A stretch of DNA of 64,000 nucleotides, taken from assembly GCA_963772705.1 (NCBI GenBank), contig CAVYYH010000005.1:75733-139732 (forward strand), read 5' to 3'. Under the pieces are notes generated by a model that was not told where the DNA came from, searched no databases, and saw nothing but the letters and a program-made list of their open reading frames with translations. The position numbers and the translations under genes were made by a program. Shown piece by piece: positions 42,801 through 51,459 of this stretch (within the stretch, counting starts at the first letter, position 1; every line of letters starts with the position of its first letter). This DNA comes from an uncultured Bacteroidales bacterium. Its GTDB lineage: Bacteria > Bacteroidota > Bacteroidia > Bacteroidales > VadinHA17.

Positions 42801-43053
42801 GAACTTCACCAATCACAGGCTTGATGTAAGAAAGGGAGATATGCTCTATCTCTTTACTGACGGTTATGCCGACCAGTTTGGAGGGGCCGATGAGAAAAAG
42901 TTCAAGACAATAAACATAAGGCGTCTCCTCTCAGATATCTATCGTCATCCCGAGGACGATCAGAAGCGGCTCCTCGAGAGAGCTATCCGCAACTGGATGG
43001 GCAGTGTACCCCAGATCGACGACATCCTGATCGTCGGGACAAGAGTGCCATGA
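39808..43053 (+). CDS. Beta-propeller / Y_Y_Y sensor with SpoIIE (PP2C) phosphatase output
   Basis: Repeated ED..G.IW.GT propeller blades, PGKYTFMVRA, one TM segment, coiled coil, VSGDFY, DCTGHGVPGAFMS, DGMD, TDGYADQFGG, DDI. Confidence 0.9.
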   Translation: MQERRGFCGTFSVCSLAWLLLFLVATPRDAAGQNYYFQHLSSKEGLSASKIYTIIQDANDFIWLGTGSGVTRFDGLRFENFSTSDGLAPGGVKSILEDSYGRIWMGHIGGGMSLLEGDIFKRVSFSSVLFSGPDSVRVSDAEGPVFNLRGDVTGIKEFDSYLWISTSLGGVLKLDQPEPGVTVMSGRQYLGRDGLSNDAFGFHSDRDGNLYCITDVGIRKYNYETDRFDPYSPDGLTKYFLTITMFEDSRGNMWFGTYNGGLYKLDKESGRMDIYDTRNGLWGNFVTYVTEDYRGNIWASSMEDWESKGGITVFSPEGTVVFNSTNGLNSLHPLCMLEDNEKNVLIADRDAGLFIYKGDHLTSYNAPQFLLSNDVSSIAQDQEGRYWFGTREGLSIYDPEKKEGGSTDLAGLPASLKGKQISIIKPGSDGYVWIVTAEDEVFRYDLKEKTSRFDLDLNAKLHSLRIAAIETDDNGNLWIGTHKALVSWNSETRESYTFTEGHGLTGNNITSLFKDSNGFLWIGTEERNGLTKHHPGRSVFTTVEIGADVRPNAIAETSDGTIWVGTIDGLYALRADTVWKKLTETDGLLMNSINLLQSDGAGNLYIGTNLGLNRYDTSTGKISSFTEKNGFTGIETRPNAAFADSGGDLWFGTSNGAIRMSPSRLPPVVTEPATHIWRTLVNLEPYPMYDGIRLPHSMNRIAFDFLSICLVNPAAVKYQFMLVGNDEDWISTDQTSAMYSSISPGKYTFMVRASNNYGYWNETPVTLGFTIKAPFYQTFWFILLVILAVIGAIYLIISMRERNLLREKEVLEEKVEERTAEVVTKSLELEEKNRDITASIRYAERIQRAMLPPENYFNKTFVLFMPKDIVSGDFYWMYDSGDKQYIAVVDCTGHGVPGAFMSIIGHNSLNKVVKENGIRRPAEILDHLNIEVVHALLQRSEKAVRDGMDISIVSYDPREHYIEYAGAYQSLYLVRDGTVSIFKADRFPIGMIDGHEKKNFTNHRLDVRKGDMLYLFTDGYADQFGGADEKKFKTINIRRLLSDIYRHPEDDQKRLLERAIRNWMGSVPQIDDILIVGTRVP

Positions 43054-43083
43054 TCCGCAGCCCGGCAGGGGCTTTATTAAACT

Positions 43084-43124
43084 TCAGATTCTTGCGATCA
43101 CTTTCGGATCGGCATGCCAGCCGG
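43084..43124 (-). repeat. Displaced duplicate of the LOG gene 3' end (att-like site)
   Basis: Encodes GWHADPKVIARI-stop; 35/41 identical to 44957-44997, all six differences synonymous. Confidence 0.9.
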
Positions 43125-43204
43125 CATGATTGATTTTTTTCAATTTGGGACGCAGAGTCAGATTTTTTGTACAAATAGAAAAACAGCCCCCCGATTTTCA
43201 TATC

Positions 43205-43212
43205 TAACTTTG
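43205..43212 (+). promoter_or_regulatory. -7 promoter element (TAACTTTG) of the islet cargo gene
   Basis: TAnnTTTG about 63 nt upstream of the ATG. Confidence 0.5.
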
Positions 43213-43275
43213 ATCTGAATGTGACATTCGCATGATTGGATTTGATATCTCCTTATACCTAGGTTTAATCAAAAT

Positions 43276-44754
43276 ATGAAGCTTATGAAAAAGATGATGT
43301 TTCTCTGGTTCATTGCAACTGTTTGTATTCTTGCATCTTGCACAAAGGATGGCGGGATTGACCCCGTCATTGATTCTTCCGACAACTTGCTCAAAGGCAA
43401 GCCTGTACAAGGGCCTGTGGTTGTCCTTCCGCCTTCAGGCGGAGATGATACCGACGCGCTCCTTGATGCAATAAACTCATCCGCAGCGGGTACCACAATT
43501 CAGCTTACTGAGGGTGAATATCATACAAGGTACTTTGAAATACATGGCTTTAACGGCGTAATAAAAGGGGCAGGCAGAAATAAGACATTCATTATGCCTT
43601 ATGAACTGATAGAGGTCATGCCCCAGATTAATGACTGGAATAAAATGCCCTCATGGTGGCGCATACTGGGAGGCAACGTAACTATCTCTGACCTGACGTT
43701 CAGGACTGGTGACGGGACTCTTCTGGCAGATGATGACCCCTTCTACAATGATGCCCTGGTATCACTGATAACGGTCAACAACTTCAGTCTTAATTACCAG
43801 TATAATGACCCGCAGCCGATGACATTCAACTTTATCAATGTCGATGTGCTGGGCGGATTTCTTGGTCCTGATGAGGTGGGTTATGCTGGCCTTCCTCATA
43901 ATGTGGTTATGGCCGTGTGGTTCGGTATGGATATCTGGGTCCCCACTGAGCCCATTCCGCTGAGTATCATCACATGCAATTTGTCCGGCTGCCACTTCGA
44001 AGATGTCGGCCAGGGTTTTGAAGCGTTGGGATGCGGAGACAATTCAACTTTAATATTTGACCGGAACAGGGTCGACAATGCCGCATGGGGAGCATTCTTC
44101 ACAGGTAATTATGGTTCAAAAATCTGGATAACGAACAACACTATTTCCGGTTCCATGATATATGATCTCCTGATCTCGGATTGGGAATGGGGTCTACTCG
44201 GCGCTACCCCGATTCCGGCAAAAAGAAGTGAATATTATATTACCGGGAATACCTTTAATGTAAGTAATGTGATCAGTTCTTTTATACTAAAGGATGAAAG
44301 GGGAGTTGCCGTACCTGATTTCTACTTCCCAACACTTGCCCTCGTAAAAAATAACCTGTTCAACCTGTGTGAGGGAAGCACAGGGATAAGCTGCCTTAAC
44401 AGCTGTGACGCCCAGGTGAGGAATAACAGGCTTGCCGGCAGCGCAGCTTACGGTGTATATGTTGACGGAGTTGTCGTTTACGATATATGGACGGGATCCG
44501 AACTGGGGATCGGTGAATCGAAGAATGCACTCCTCCTTGGCAACAATTTCTCTTCGCTGACAACTTCCGGATCAGACATCTATCTGAGTGCTCTGTCTTC
44601 AAATTGTACAGTTGTCGGCAACGGCAAGGATGATGTCATTGACCTTGGAACCGATAACAAGATAGTCGGTATGAATAAGATGTCAGGTGGCAATCATGCC
44701 GGTCCTGCTATCCGCGACAACTTCAGGATGATGCCGAAGATGAGGGGTCATTGA
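43276..44754 (+). CDS. Lipoprotein with predicted right-handed parallel beta-helix
   Basis: Lipobox LASC; DDTDALLDAI..TIQLTEGEY..IKGAG cap and Asn-ladder repeats (ITNNTI, ITGNTF, VKNNLF, VRNNRL, LGNNF). Confidence 0.7.
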   Translation: MKLMKKMMFLWFIATVCILASCTKDGGIDPVIDSSDNLLKGKPVQGPVVVLPPSGGDDTDALLDAINSSAAGTTIQLTEGEYHTRYFEIHGFNGVIKGAGRNKTFIMPYELIEVMPQINDWNKMPSWWRILGGNVTISDLTFRTGDGTLLADDDPFYNDALVSLITVNNFSLNYQYNDPQPMTFNFINVDVLGGFLGPDEVGYAGLPHNVVMAVWFGMDIWVPTEPIPLSIITCNLSGCHFEDVGQGFEALGCGDNSTLIFDRNRVDNAAWGAFFTGNYGSKIWITNNTISGSMIYDLLISDWEWGLLGATPIPAKRSEYYITGNTFNVSNVISSFILKDERGVAVPDFYFPTLALVKNNLFNLCEGSTGISCLNSCDAQVRNNRLAGSAAYGVYVDGVVVYDIWTGSELGIGESKNALLLGNNFSSLTTSGSDIYLSALSSNCTVVGNGKDDVIDLGTDNKIVGMNKMSGGNHAGPAIRDNFRMMPKMRGH

Positions 44755-44760
44755 AATTTA

Positions 44761-44936
44761 CAGGTCGCCCCTACAGGGCTGATAATTATTAATGACCATT
44801 ATCCCTACTAACAGTCCGCTCCTATGGAGCTGGCAGACGTGTTGCTGTGGGAGTGGCTTGATTATGGCCGCGTAGCGGCGCCCTGTTTGTAGCAACATGA
44901 CCGGGCCATACCAACCAGCCCTGTAGGGGCGACCTG
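44761..44936. repeat. 176-bp REPIN/MITE-like element with perfect 21-bp terminal inverted repeats
   Basis: CAGGTCGCCCCTACAGGGCTG (44761-44781) and its exact reverse complement (44916-44936); inner hairpins GCTCC-TAT-GGAGC and GCCGC-GTA-GCGGC. Confidence 0.85.
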
Positions 44937-44956
44937 ATTAATTGTTGTTTCGGAAA

Positions 44957-45532
44957 TCAGATCCTGGCAATGACCTTCGGGTCGGCATGCCAGCCGGTGT
45001 AGTTCCTGATTGCCGGTATCACCTCACGGGCTTCGGTGACTATCTGCCATATATCCTTATGCTCAAGCCTCATGAAATGGCCTCTGACCATGTGGTCGAA
45101 GAACTCGATGAGATGGTCATAGAAACCGTTGACATTGACGATTATTATCGGTTTGTTGAACTGCCCCAGCTGCTTCAGGGTGATCACTTCAGTCAGTTCC
45201 TCGAGCGTCCCAACCCCTCCGGGGAGGGCAACCGCTGCGTCAGACATTGCGAAGATTGTTTTCTTCCTCTCTGACATGTCAGCCGTTATTATCATGTCTT
45301 TAACGTCGTCATGCCCCCATCCTTCCGACATCATGAAACCGGGTATCACGCCGGTGACAGACCCGCCTGATTTAAGCAGGTTATCGGCAAAGATGCCCAT
45401 CAGGCCTATGCCACCACCACCGAAGACGGCATGAACCTTCTCTTCGGCAAAAGCCCTGCCCAGTTCGGCTGCTGCCGTCTCATAGGCATGATCGATGCGG
45501 CTGCTGGAGGCAGCAAAAACGCATACCCTCAT
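44957..45532 (-). CDS. LOG family nucleotide phosphoribohydrolase (TIGR00730-like)
   Basis: GGGGIGLMG, MSERK, LPGGVGTLEEL. Confidence 0.92.
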   Translation of the reverse strand: MRVCVFAASSSRIDHAYETAAAELGRAFAEEKVHAVFGGGGIGLMGIFADNLLKSGGSVTGVIPGFMMSEGWGHDDVKDMIITADMSERKKTIFAMSDAAVALPGGVGTLEELTEVITLKQLGQFNKPIIIVNVNGFYDHLIEFFDHMVRGHFMRLEHKDIWQIVTEAREVIPAIRNYTGWHADPKVIARI

Positions 45533-45853
45533 TTACTGGAGAAGTGCTGTTAGCTTGGCCTCAAAAGCTGACTTGGCAGCTGCCCCGACCTGCTTGTCAA
45601 CCACCTGACCACCCTTGAAGTAAAGCACAGTTGGTATATTGCGTATCATGAATCTCCTGGCAATATCAGGAGAAGTGTCTACATCACACTTTACAACCAG
45701 GGCTTTGTCACTGTAAGCCTCACCTATCTGTTCGATCAAAGGGGCTATCATCCTGCATGGGCCACACCACTCAGCCCAGAAATCGACTATTACAGGTTTA
45801 TCTGATTTCAATACGATCTCGTCAAAATTTGCATCGTTAACTGCTTGTGCCAT
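45533..45853 (-). CDS. trxA: Thioredoxin
   Basis: DFWAEWCGPC. Confidence 0.97.
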   Translation of the reverse strand: MAQAVNDANFDEIVLKSDKPVIVDFWAEWCGPCRMIAPLIEQIGEAYSDKALVVKCDVDTSPDIARRFMIRNIPTVLYFKGGQVVDKQVGAAAKSAFEAKLTALLQ

Positions 45854-45901
45854 AATAAATTAATAGTTTATGAATTCTTACTTAATGAAGTACAAAGATA
45901 T

Positions 45902-48900
45902 CTAATTTACTTTAAAGTCGAGCCCGGGATTATCTTCAAGCCAGCCGATGAGCTCATTGGTAATGCCGGCTTTTATGCTGCGCGAGAAGAGGGGCAGTGT
46001 TATCTTGTCTTCATGATCTATCAACAGGAATTTCACTGTTTTGTTTCCGGGGTTTTCAGAAATGATTGTTTTGAGGTTGTCGACGAATCCGGGATTAACC
46101 AGCTCGGTCTTGAGTTTAATTGTAATTGAGCTTATCAGGTCATCCCTGACGGCGGAGAGCAGGTGTACCTCCCTGATCCTGAATTCGAGCTCGTCGGGGT
46201 TATAGTGTCTGCCCTGAACCTTTCCCCTTACAAGAAGGTGATAATCAGTCACAAAGAAATTGCTGAAGGTAACATAATCCTTGTCGAACAGGAGGAAGGT
46301 GAACGAGTCTGTATAATCCTGCAGGGTGAATCCTCCGAAAGGTTTGCCGTTCTTGGTGACGCCGCTTCTTGTCTCGGTCACTATACCTGCAACACATACA
46401 TCACGGTTTGCAAATTCATGAAGATTCTGCAGGTCAGCCAGTGTTGCATTGCAGAAGGCGTTTATTTCAAGACGGTAGTCGTCGAGCGGGTGTGATGACA
46501 GGTATATTCCAATGACCTGTTTCTCCTTATTGAGTTTCTCCAGTTTTGACCAGTCGGCGCATGGTGCCGGTTCGGGGCGCACGAGTTCGAATCCGCCTGC
46601 TTCGCCGAAGAGCGACTGCTGACTGCTGTTACGAAGGTTTTTCACGCTGCTGCCGTAACGGATAAGACTCTCGAGGAAGCTTGAGCCCTTGCTGTCGGCA
46701 GAGAAATACTGTGCCCTGCTGATACCCGGAAGGCCGTCGACGGCACCTGACACCACCAGCGCCTCGAGCATCCTTTTGTTGACAGTGTTGAGATTGACAC
46801 GTTCTGCGAGGTCGTAGATGTCTTTGTACGGGCCGTTCTTCTCTCTCTCTTCTATAATGTTCAGCACCGCATTCTCGCCTACCCCCTTTATGGCTCCGAG
46901 TCCGAACCTGATATTCCCGGCCCGGTTTACGGTGAACTGCAGCAGACTCTCATTGACATCGGGCCCCAGTACGTCAATACCCATTCTGCGGGTCTCCTCC
47001 ATCATCACGGTGATCTTCTTGATGTCACTTATGTTGCGGCTGAGAACGGCAGCCATGAACTCTGCAGGGTAGTTGGCTTTCAGATAGCCTGTCTGGTAGG
47101 CGATGAGTGCATAGCAGGTTGAATGCGATTTATTGAAGGCATATTCTGCGAACGACTCCCAGTCTGACCATATCTTGTTGATGATGCTTATGTCATACCC
47201 ATTCTTCTGGCATCCCGCTACAAACTCAACCTTGAGCCTGTCCATTATGTCCCGCTTCTTTTTGCCCATGGCTTTGCGAAGCGAGTCTGCCTGCCCCTTG
47301 CTGAATCCTGCCAGTTCCTGTGAGAGAAGCATCACCTGTTCCTGGTATACTGTGATGCCGTATGTCTCCTGCAGTAACCGCTCCATTGCAGGAAGCTCAT
47401 ATTTTATCTTCTCTCTCCCGTGCTTGCGTTTGATGTACTGAGGGATATAATCCATCGGGCCTGGCCTGTAGAGTGCGTTCATGGCGATGAGGTCACCGAA
47501 CTGGTTGGGCTTGAGGTCACGCAGGTACCGTTTCATGCCGACGGATTCAAACTGGAACACCCCTGTCGTCTCTCCGTTGCTGAAGAGCTCATAGGTGTGG
47601 ACGTCATCAAGAGGCAGTGTCTCCAGGTCAATGGTGATCCCCTTTGACTTCTTTATGTTTTCGACTGCGTCCTTAAGGATAGAGAGGGTCTTGAGCCCCA
47701 GGAAATCCATCTTCAGCAGCCCTATGGCCTCCACATGGTTCCCTTCGTACTGTGTCACATAAAGGTCTGTGTCTTTTGCCGTACAGATGGGAACATATTC
47801 GCAAAGATTCTCCTTGCTGATAATGATTCCGCAAGCATGCACCCCTGTCTGCCTGATGCTTCCCTCAAGCACCTCGGCATACTTGAGTGTCTGTGCTACA
47901 AGCGGCTCCTTTGACTCTCTCTCTTTCAGCAACTCAGGTACCTCTTCGTATGCGGCAGAGAGAGTAATGCCCGGCCGTTCGGGTACAAGCTTCGTCAGCC
48001 TGATAGCCTCCGGCAGTGGCAGCTTCTGTACCCTGGCGACATCCCTGATGGCCATCTTGGCTGCCATCGTCCCGAAGGTGATAATATGCGCTACCCTGTC
48101 GTGACCGTATTTGTCAACAACATATTTGAGCACCTTCTCCCTGCCGTCTTCATCAAAGTCGATGTCGATATCAGGCATTGAGATACGGTCAGGATTAAGG
48201 AACCTCTCGAAGAGCAGGTTATATTTCACCGGGTCGATATCCGTTATCCTCAGTGCATATGCGACAGCGCTGCCTGCCGCGGAGCCTCTGCCGGGACCCA
48301 CCCAGACACCCATTTCACGGGCAGCCCTGAGAAAGTCCTGTACTATGAGGAAGTAACCCGGGAAGCCCATGTTCTTTATTACTGACAGCTCGAAGTCTAT
48401 GCGTGCCTCCAGGTCAGGGGTGATCTCACCCCAGCGTTCTGCCGCACCTTTCATTGTCAGGTGACGCAGATACTCATCCTTGTCTTCGAAATCTGCCGGA
48501 ATCGAAAACTCAGGCATGATAGGTTCACTGCCCAGAGAATAATATTCGACCTTGTCTGCTATTTCCTTTGTATTGAGGACCGTCTCAGGCATGTCTGCAA
48601 AGACAGAGAGCATCTCCTCCTCGCTCTTCAGATATTCCTCCTTGGTGTACCGGAGTCTTTTCGGATCGTCGATGTCGGCAGCGGTATTGATGCATATAAG
48701 CCTGTCATGTGCTTCCGCCTCGTCTGCCATGATGAAATGAACGTCATTTGACGCGATGATCTTGACTCCGTATTTTACTGCCAGTTCACGGTAGGCTGCT
48801 ATGACCCTCTGCTGCTCGGGAAAGACTGTGGTGTCTGCTGTCGGGTCGGCCGTCTCATGTCTCTGTATCTCAAGATAATAGTCGTCGCCGAATATCTCCT

Positions 48901-49387
48901 GGTATGAAAGTATTGCTTCCCCGGCCCCTTTCATATTCCCGGAAAGGACCTCCTGTGCCGTCTCTCCCGCCAGGCATGCAGATGATGCTATGATACCCTC
49001 ATGATGGAGGCGGAGCAGCGCCTTGTCAATACGGGGCTTGTAATAGAATCCCTTGATCCAGGCATGTGACACAAGCTTCACAAGATTGCGGTATCCGGTC
49101 AGGTTTTTTGCCAGCAGTATCAGGTGGTCACCCGAACGGTCTTCCTTGGAGGTTTTTTCCTCGAGTGTGCCACGGGCCACATATATCTCGCAGCCGATGA
49201 TCGGCTTTATCTTTGCGGCTGTGGCTGCATCGTGAAACTCCTTGACCCCGAACATGTTGCCGTGATCTGTAATCGCCAGGGCCTCCATACCCAGCACACC
49301 GGCTCTTTTTATCAGGGATTTGACACCTGATGCCCCGTCAAGGATGGAATATTGCGTGTGTACGTGTAAATGGACGAATGAAGACAT
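45902..49387 (-). CDS. dnaE: DNA polymerase III alpha subunit
   Basis: HLHVHTQYSILDG PHP domain, GRGSAAGS, PDIDIDF, KMDFLGL, YAFNKSH; no intein seen; likely start ATG 49387. Confidence 0.98.
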   Translation of the reverse strand: MSSFVHLHVHTQYSILDGASGVKSLIKRAGVLGMEALAITDHGNMFGVKEFHDAATAAKIKPIIGCEIYVARGTLEEKTSKEDRSGDHLILLAKNLTGYRNLVKLVSHAWIKGFYYKPRIDKALLRLHHEGIIASSACLAGETAQEVLSGNMKGAGEAILSYQEIFGDDYYLEIQRHETADPTADTTVFPEQQRVIAAYRELAVKYGVKIIASNDVHFIMADEAEAHDRLICINTAADIDDPKRLRYTKEEYLKSEEEMLSVFADMPETVLNTKEIADKVEYYSLGSEPIMPEFSIPADFEDKDEYLRHLTMKGAAERWGEITPDLEARIDFELSVIKNMGFPGYFLIVQDFLRAAREMGVWVGPGRGSAAGSAVAYALRITDIDPVKYNLLFERFLNPDRISMPDIDIDFDEDGREKVLKYVVDKYGHDRVAHIITFGTMAAKMAIRDVARVQKLPLPEAIRLTKLVPERPGITLSAAYEEVPELLKERESKEPLVAQTLKYAEVLEGSIRQTGVHACGIIISKENLCEYVPICTAKDTDLYVTQYEGNHVEAIGLLKMDFLGLKTLSILKDAVENIKKSKGITIDLETLPLDDVHTYELFSNGETTGVFQFESVGMKRYLRDLKPNQFGDLIAMNALYRPGPMDYIPQYIKRKHGREKIKYELPAMERLLQETYGITVYQEQVMLLSQELAGFSKGQADSLRKAMGKKKRDIMDRLKVEFVAGCQKNGYDISIINKIWSDWESFAEYAFNKSHSTCYALIAYQTGYLKANYPAEFMAAVLSRNISDIKKITVMMEETRRMGIDVLGPDVNESLLQFTVNRAGNIRFGLGAIKGVGENAVLNIIEEREKNGPYKDIYDLAERVNLNTVNKRMLEALVVSGAVDGLPGISRAQYFSADSKGSSFLESLIRYGSSVKNLRNSSQQSLFGEAGGFELVRPEPAPCADWSKLEKLNKEKQVIGIYLSSHPLDDYRLEINAFCNATLADLQNLHEFANRDVCVAGIVTETRSGVTKNGKPFGGFTLQDYTDSFTFLLFDKDYVTFSNFFVTDYHLLVRGKVQGRHYNPDELEFRIREVHLLSAVRDDLISSITIKLKTELVNPGFVDNLKTIISENPGNKTVKFLLIDHEDKITLPLFSRSIKAGITNELIGWLEDNPGLDFKVN

Positions 49388-49509
49388 GATTTCCGGAAGG
49401 TTTGCCAGCAAAGGCACAGGTAACAAAAATAAGTAAAAGCTGTTTTCCGGCTCAAATTATTTATTAACATGATCTCATTGAATATTTTTGTAACCTCGAT
49501 TTATTGTAA

Positions 49510-49517
49510 TATATTTG
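49510..49517 (+). promoter_or_regulatory. -7 promoter element (TATATTTG) for rpsP-rimM
   Basis: TAnnTTTG followed by CA, 46 nt upstream of the ATG. Confidence 0.6.
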
Positions 49518-49563
49518 CACCCTCAATCAAAAAAGAGGTATAAATTAAACCGTAGAATTTTAA

Positions 49564-50163
49564 ATGTCAGTAAAAATCAGATTAGCTAGGAAGGGCCGCA
49601 AGAAGCAGGCTTTCTATCACATAGTGGTAGCAGATAGCAGGTCGCCACGTGATGGCAGATTCATTGAAAAGATCGGAGTTTACAACCCGATCACTGACCC
49701 GGCAACCATCGACATCAACTTCGAGAAGGCATTGGGTTGGCTGCAGAACGGTGCGCAACCTACGGAAACATGCAAGGCAATCCTTTCATACAAGGGAGTG
49801 CTGATGAAGAAACACCTTCTTGACGGTGTCAAGAAGGGAGCCTTTGACGAGGCGGAAGCCGATCGCCGTTTTAATGAGTGGCTTAAGGGCAAGGAAGATA
49901 AGATCGAGGCCAAGAAATCAGGCCTTGAGAAGAAGAGTGAAGAGACACGCAAGCAGCGTCTCGAGGCTGAGAAAGCGATAAAAGAGGCCAGGGCAGCCGA
50001 GTATGCGAAGAAGATCGCAGCGCAGGCAGCTGAGGCTGAGGCAGCAGCAAAGGCAGCTGCAGCAGAGGCAGCAGGCACGCCTGAGACAGCAGAGGTCGCT
50101 GAAACACCCGCAGACGAGGTGAAGGAAGAGACTGCCGAAGAGTCTGAAAAGACCGTGGAGTAG
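49564..50163 (+). CDS. rpsP: 30S ribosomal protein S16 with Bacteroidota C-terminal extension
   Basis: [28 protein letters not shown]. Confidence 0.97.
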   Translation: MSVKIRLARKGRKKQAFYHIVVADSRSPRDGRFIEKIGVYNPITDPATIDINFEKALGWLQNGAQPTETCKAILSYKGVLMKKHLLDGVKKGAFDEAEADRRFNEWLKGKEDKIEAKKSGLEKKSEETRKQRLEAEKAIKEARAAEYAKKIAAQAAEAEAAAKAAAAEAAGTPETAEVAETPADEVKEETAEESEKTVE

Positions 50164-50186
50164 TCACTCCGAGCCGCACCAGGCCT

Positions 50187-50681
50187 GTGAGAACCATAGG
50201 TATTATAACCAAGACACACGGCTTCGACGGAGCCGTGGTTGTGAGAAGTGAAAGCGGCATCACCAGGGAACCTGAACAGGGAGAACCGGTATTCGTTGTA
50301 ATAGACGGAATACCGGTTCCCTTTTTTACACGCGAAGCATTCACTACATCACGTGATACTCTTGTCATTTCATTTGATGATTATCTGACTCCCCGGTCAG
50401 TTGCCCGGCTGAAGGGATGTGAGGTAAGAACAGGGGGGGAGCCCGAAGAGCATGATGACCTTTCAGATATTAAAGGGTATACCATCTTTGATAAAAAGAG
50501 TGGCTTCAGTGGTGTAATTGCCGGCATTGAAAAGAATCCCGGACAGCTTCTTGCTGTCGTCGTTGCTGCACAGGGCGAGATACTGATTCCGCTCCACGGT
50601 GACCTGATAATATGTGTTGACCCTGAGAACAGGACGGTAGAGATGTCGCTCCCCGAAGGGCTGGTCAACATTAATTTATGA
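50187..50681 (+). CDS. rimM: Ribosome maturation factor RimM
   Basis: IGIITKTHGFDG, VPFF, EILIP, LPEGL; directly follows rpsP. Confidence 0.9.
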   Translation: MRTIGIITKTHGFDGAVVVRSESGITREPEQGEPVFVVIDGIPVPFFTREAFTTSRDTLVISFDDYLTPRSVARLKGCEVRTGGEPEEHDDLSDIKGYTIFDKKSGFSGVIAGIEKNPGQLLAVVVAAQGEILIPLHGDLIICVDPENRTVEMSLPEGLVNINL

Positions 50682-50763
50682 TCATTTTTCTTTTCGCCTG
50701 TGCAACATACAGGAATCGATGACGTCTTTTTATTGTAATCAACCAACGAATAACAGAGCAGTC

Positions 50764-51459
50764 ATGAAAAGAACAATCGCGCTTGCAGCACTGGTGCTGC
50801 TTATGGTATCAGCCGCCCAGGCACAGACAGCATACACCGAAACACGCAATGTAACGGGATTCAATGAGATAGGCTTTGCCGTCTCAGGGGAACTGTACAT
50901 CACAATCGGCGAGGGATATAAGGTTGTCCTTGAGGGAGACAAGGATTATATCACCGAGATAGAGACAAAGGTATCGGGCGACAGGCTTGAGATCAAAAGG
51001 GAAAAATGGTATGACAACGGAAACAGGAAAGTGACAGTACGGGTCACCATGCCCTCCCTCGACGGCATATCCGTTTCAGGATCAGGAAAGGTTTATGTCA
51101 CAAACCCGCTGAAGGGTGACGAGCTTGACATAGCTGTCAGCGGAAGCGGCACCATTAACCTTACGGATGTGGATCTCAGGGATGTGGAGTGCAGCATCTC
51201 AGGGTCAGGGAATCTTCTCATTGCCGGAAGCGGGAGTATTGGGAACCTTGAAATAAGTATCTCGGGATCGGGAGACTACAAGGGCGAGTCTGCCTCTATC
51301 GGAACTCTTGAGGCACATATTTCAGGCAGCGGGAGCTGCGACTGTGTGGTAAGGGATATGCTCAGGGCTGCCATTTCAGGAAGCGGCACCATCTATTACT
51401 CAGGCAATCCGAAGATCGACGCTGCCATCTCCGGTTCGGGGAAGGTACGCACGAAGTAA
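50764..51459 (+). CDS. Head GIN domain (DUF2807) protein
   Basis: Signal peptide and repeated (I/V)SGSG motifs. Confidence 0.88.
   Translation: MKRTIALAALVLLMVSAAQAQTAYTETRNVTGFNEIGFAVSGELYITIGEGYKVVLEGDKDYITEIETKVSGDRLEIKREKWYDNGNRKVTVRVTMPSLDGISVSGSGKVYVTNPLKGDELDIAVSGSGTINLTDVDLRDVECSISGSGNLLIAGSGSIGNLEISISGSGDYKGESASIGTLEAHISGSGSCDCVVRDMLRAAISGSGTIYYSGNPKIDAAISGSGKVRTK

Larger units (their letters stand above)
43084..44997. mobile_element. Integrase-less genomic islet inserted in the LOG gene 3' end
   Basis: Bounded by the two 41-bp gene-end copies; carries one lipoprotein gene and a REP-like element. Confidence 0.7.

Noticed and set aside
45902-49387. Possible intein or split in dnaE
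   Set aside because: Normal length and continuous motifs, with no intein signatures.
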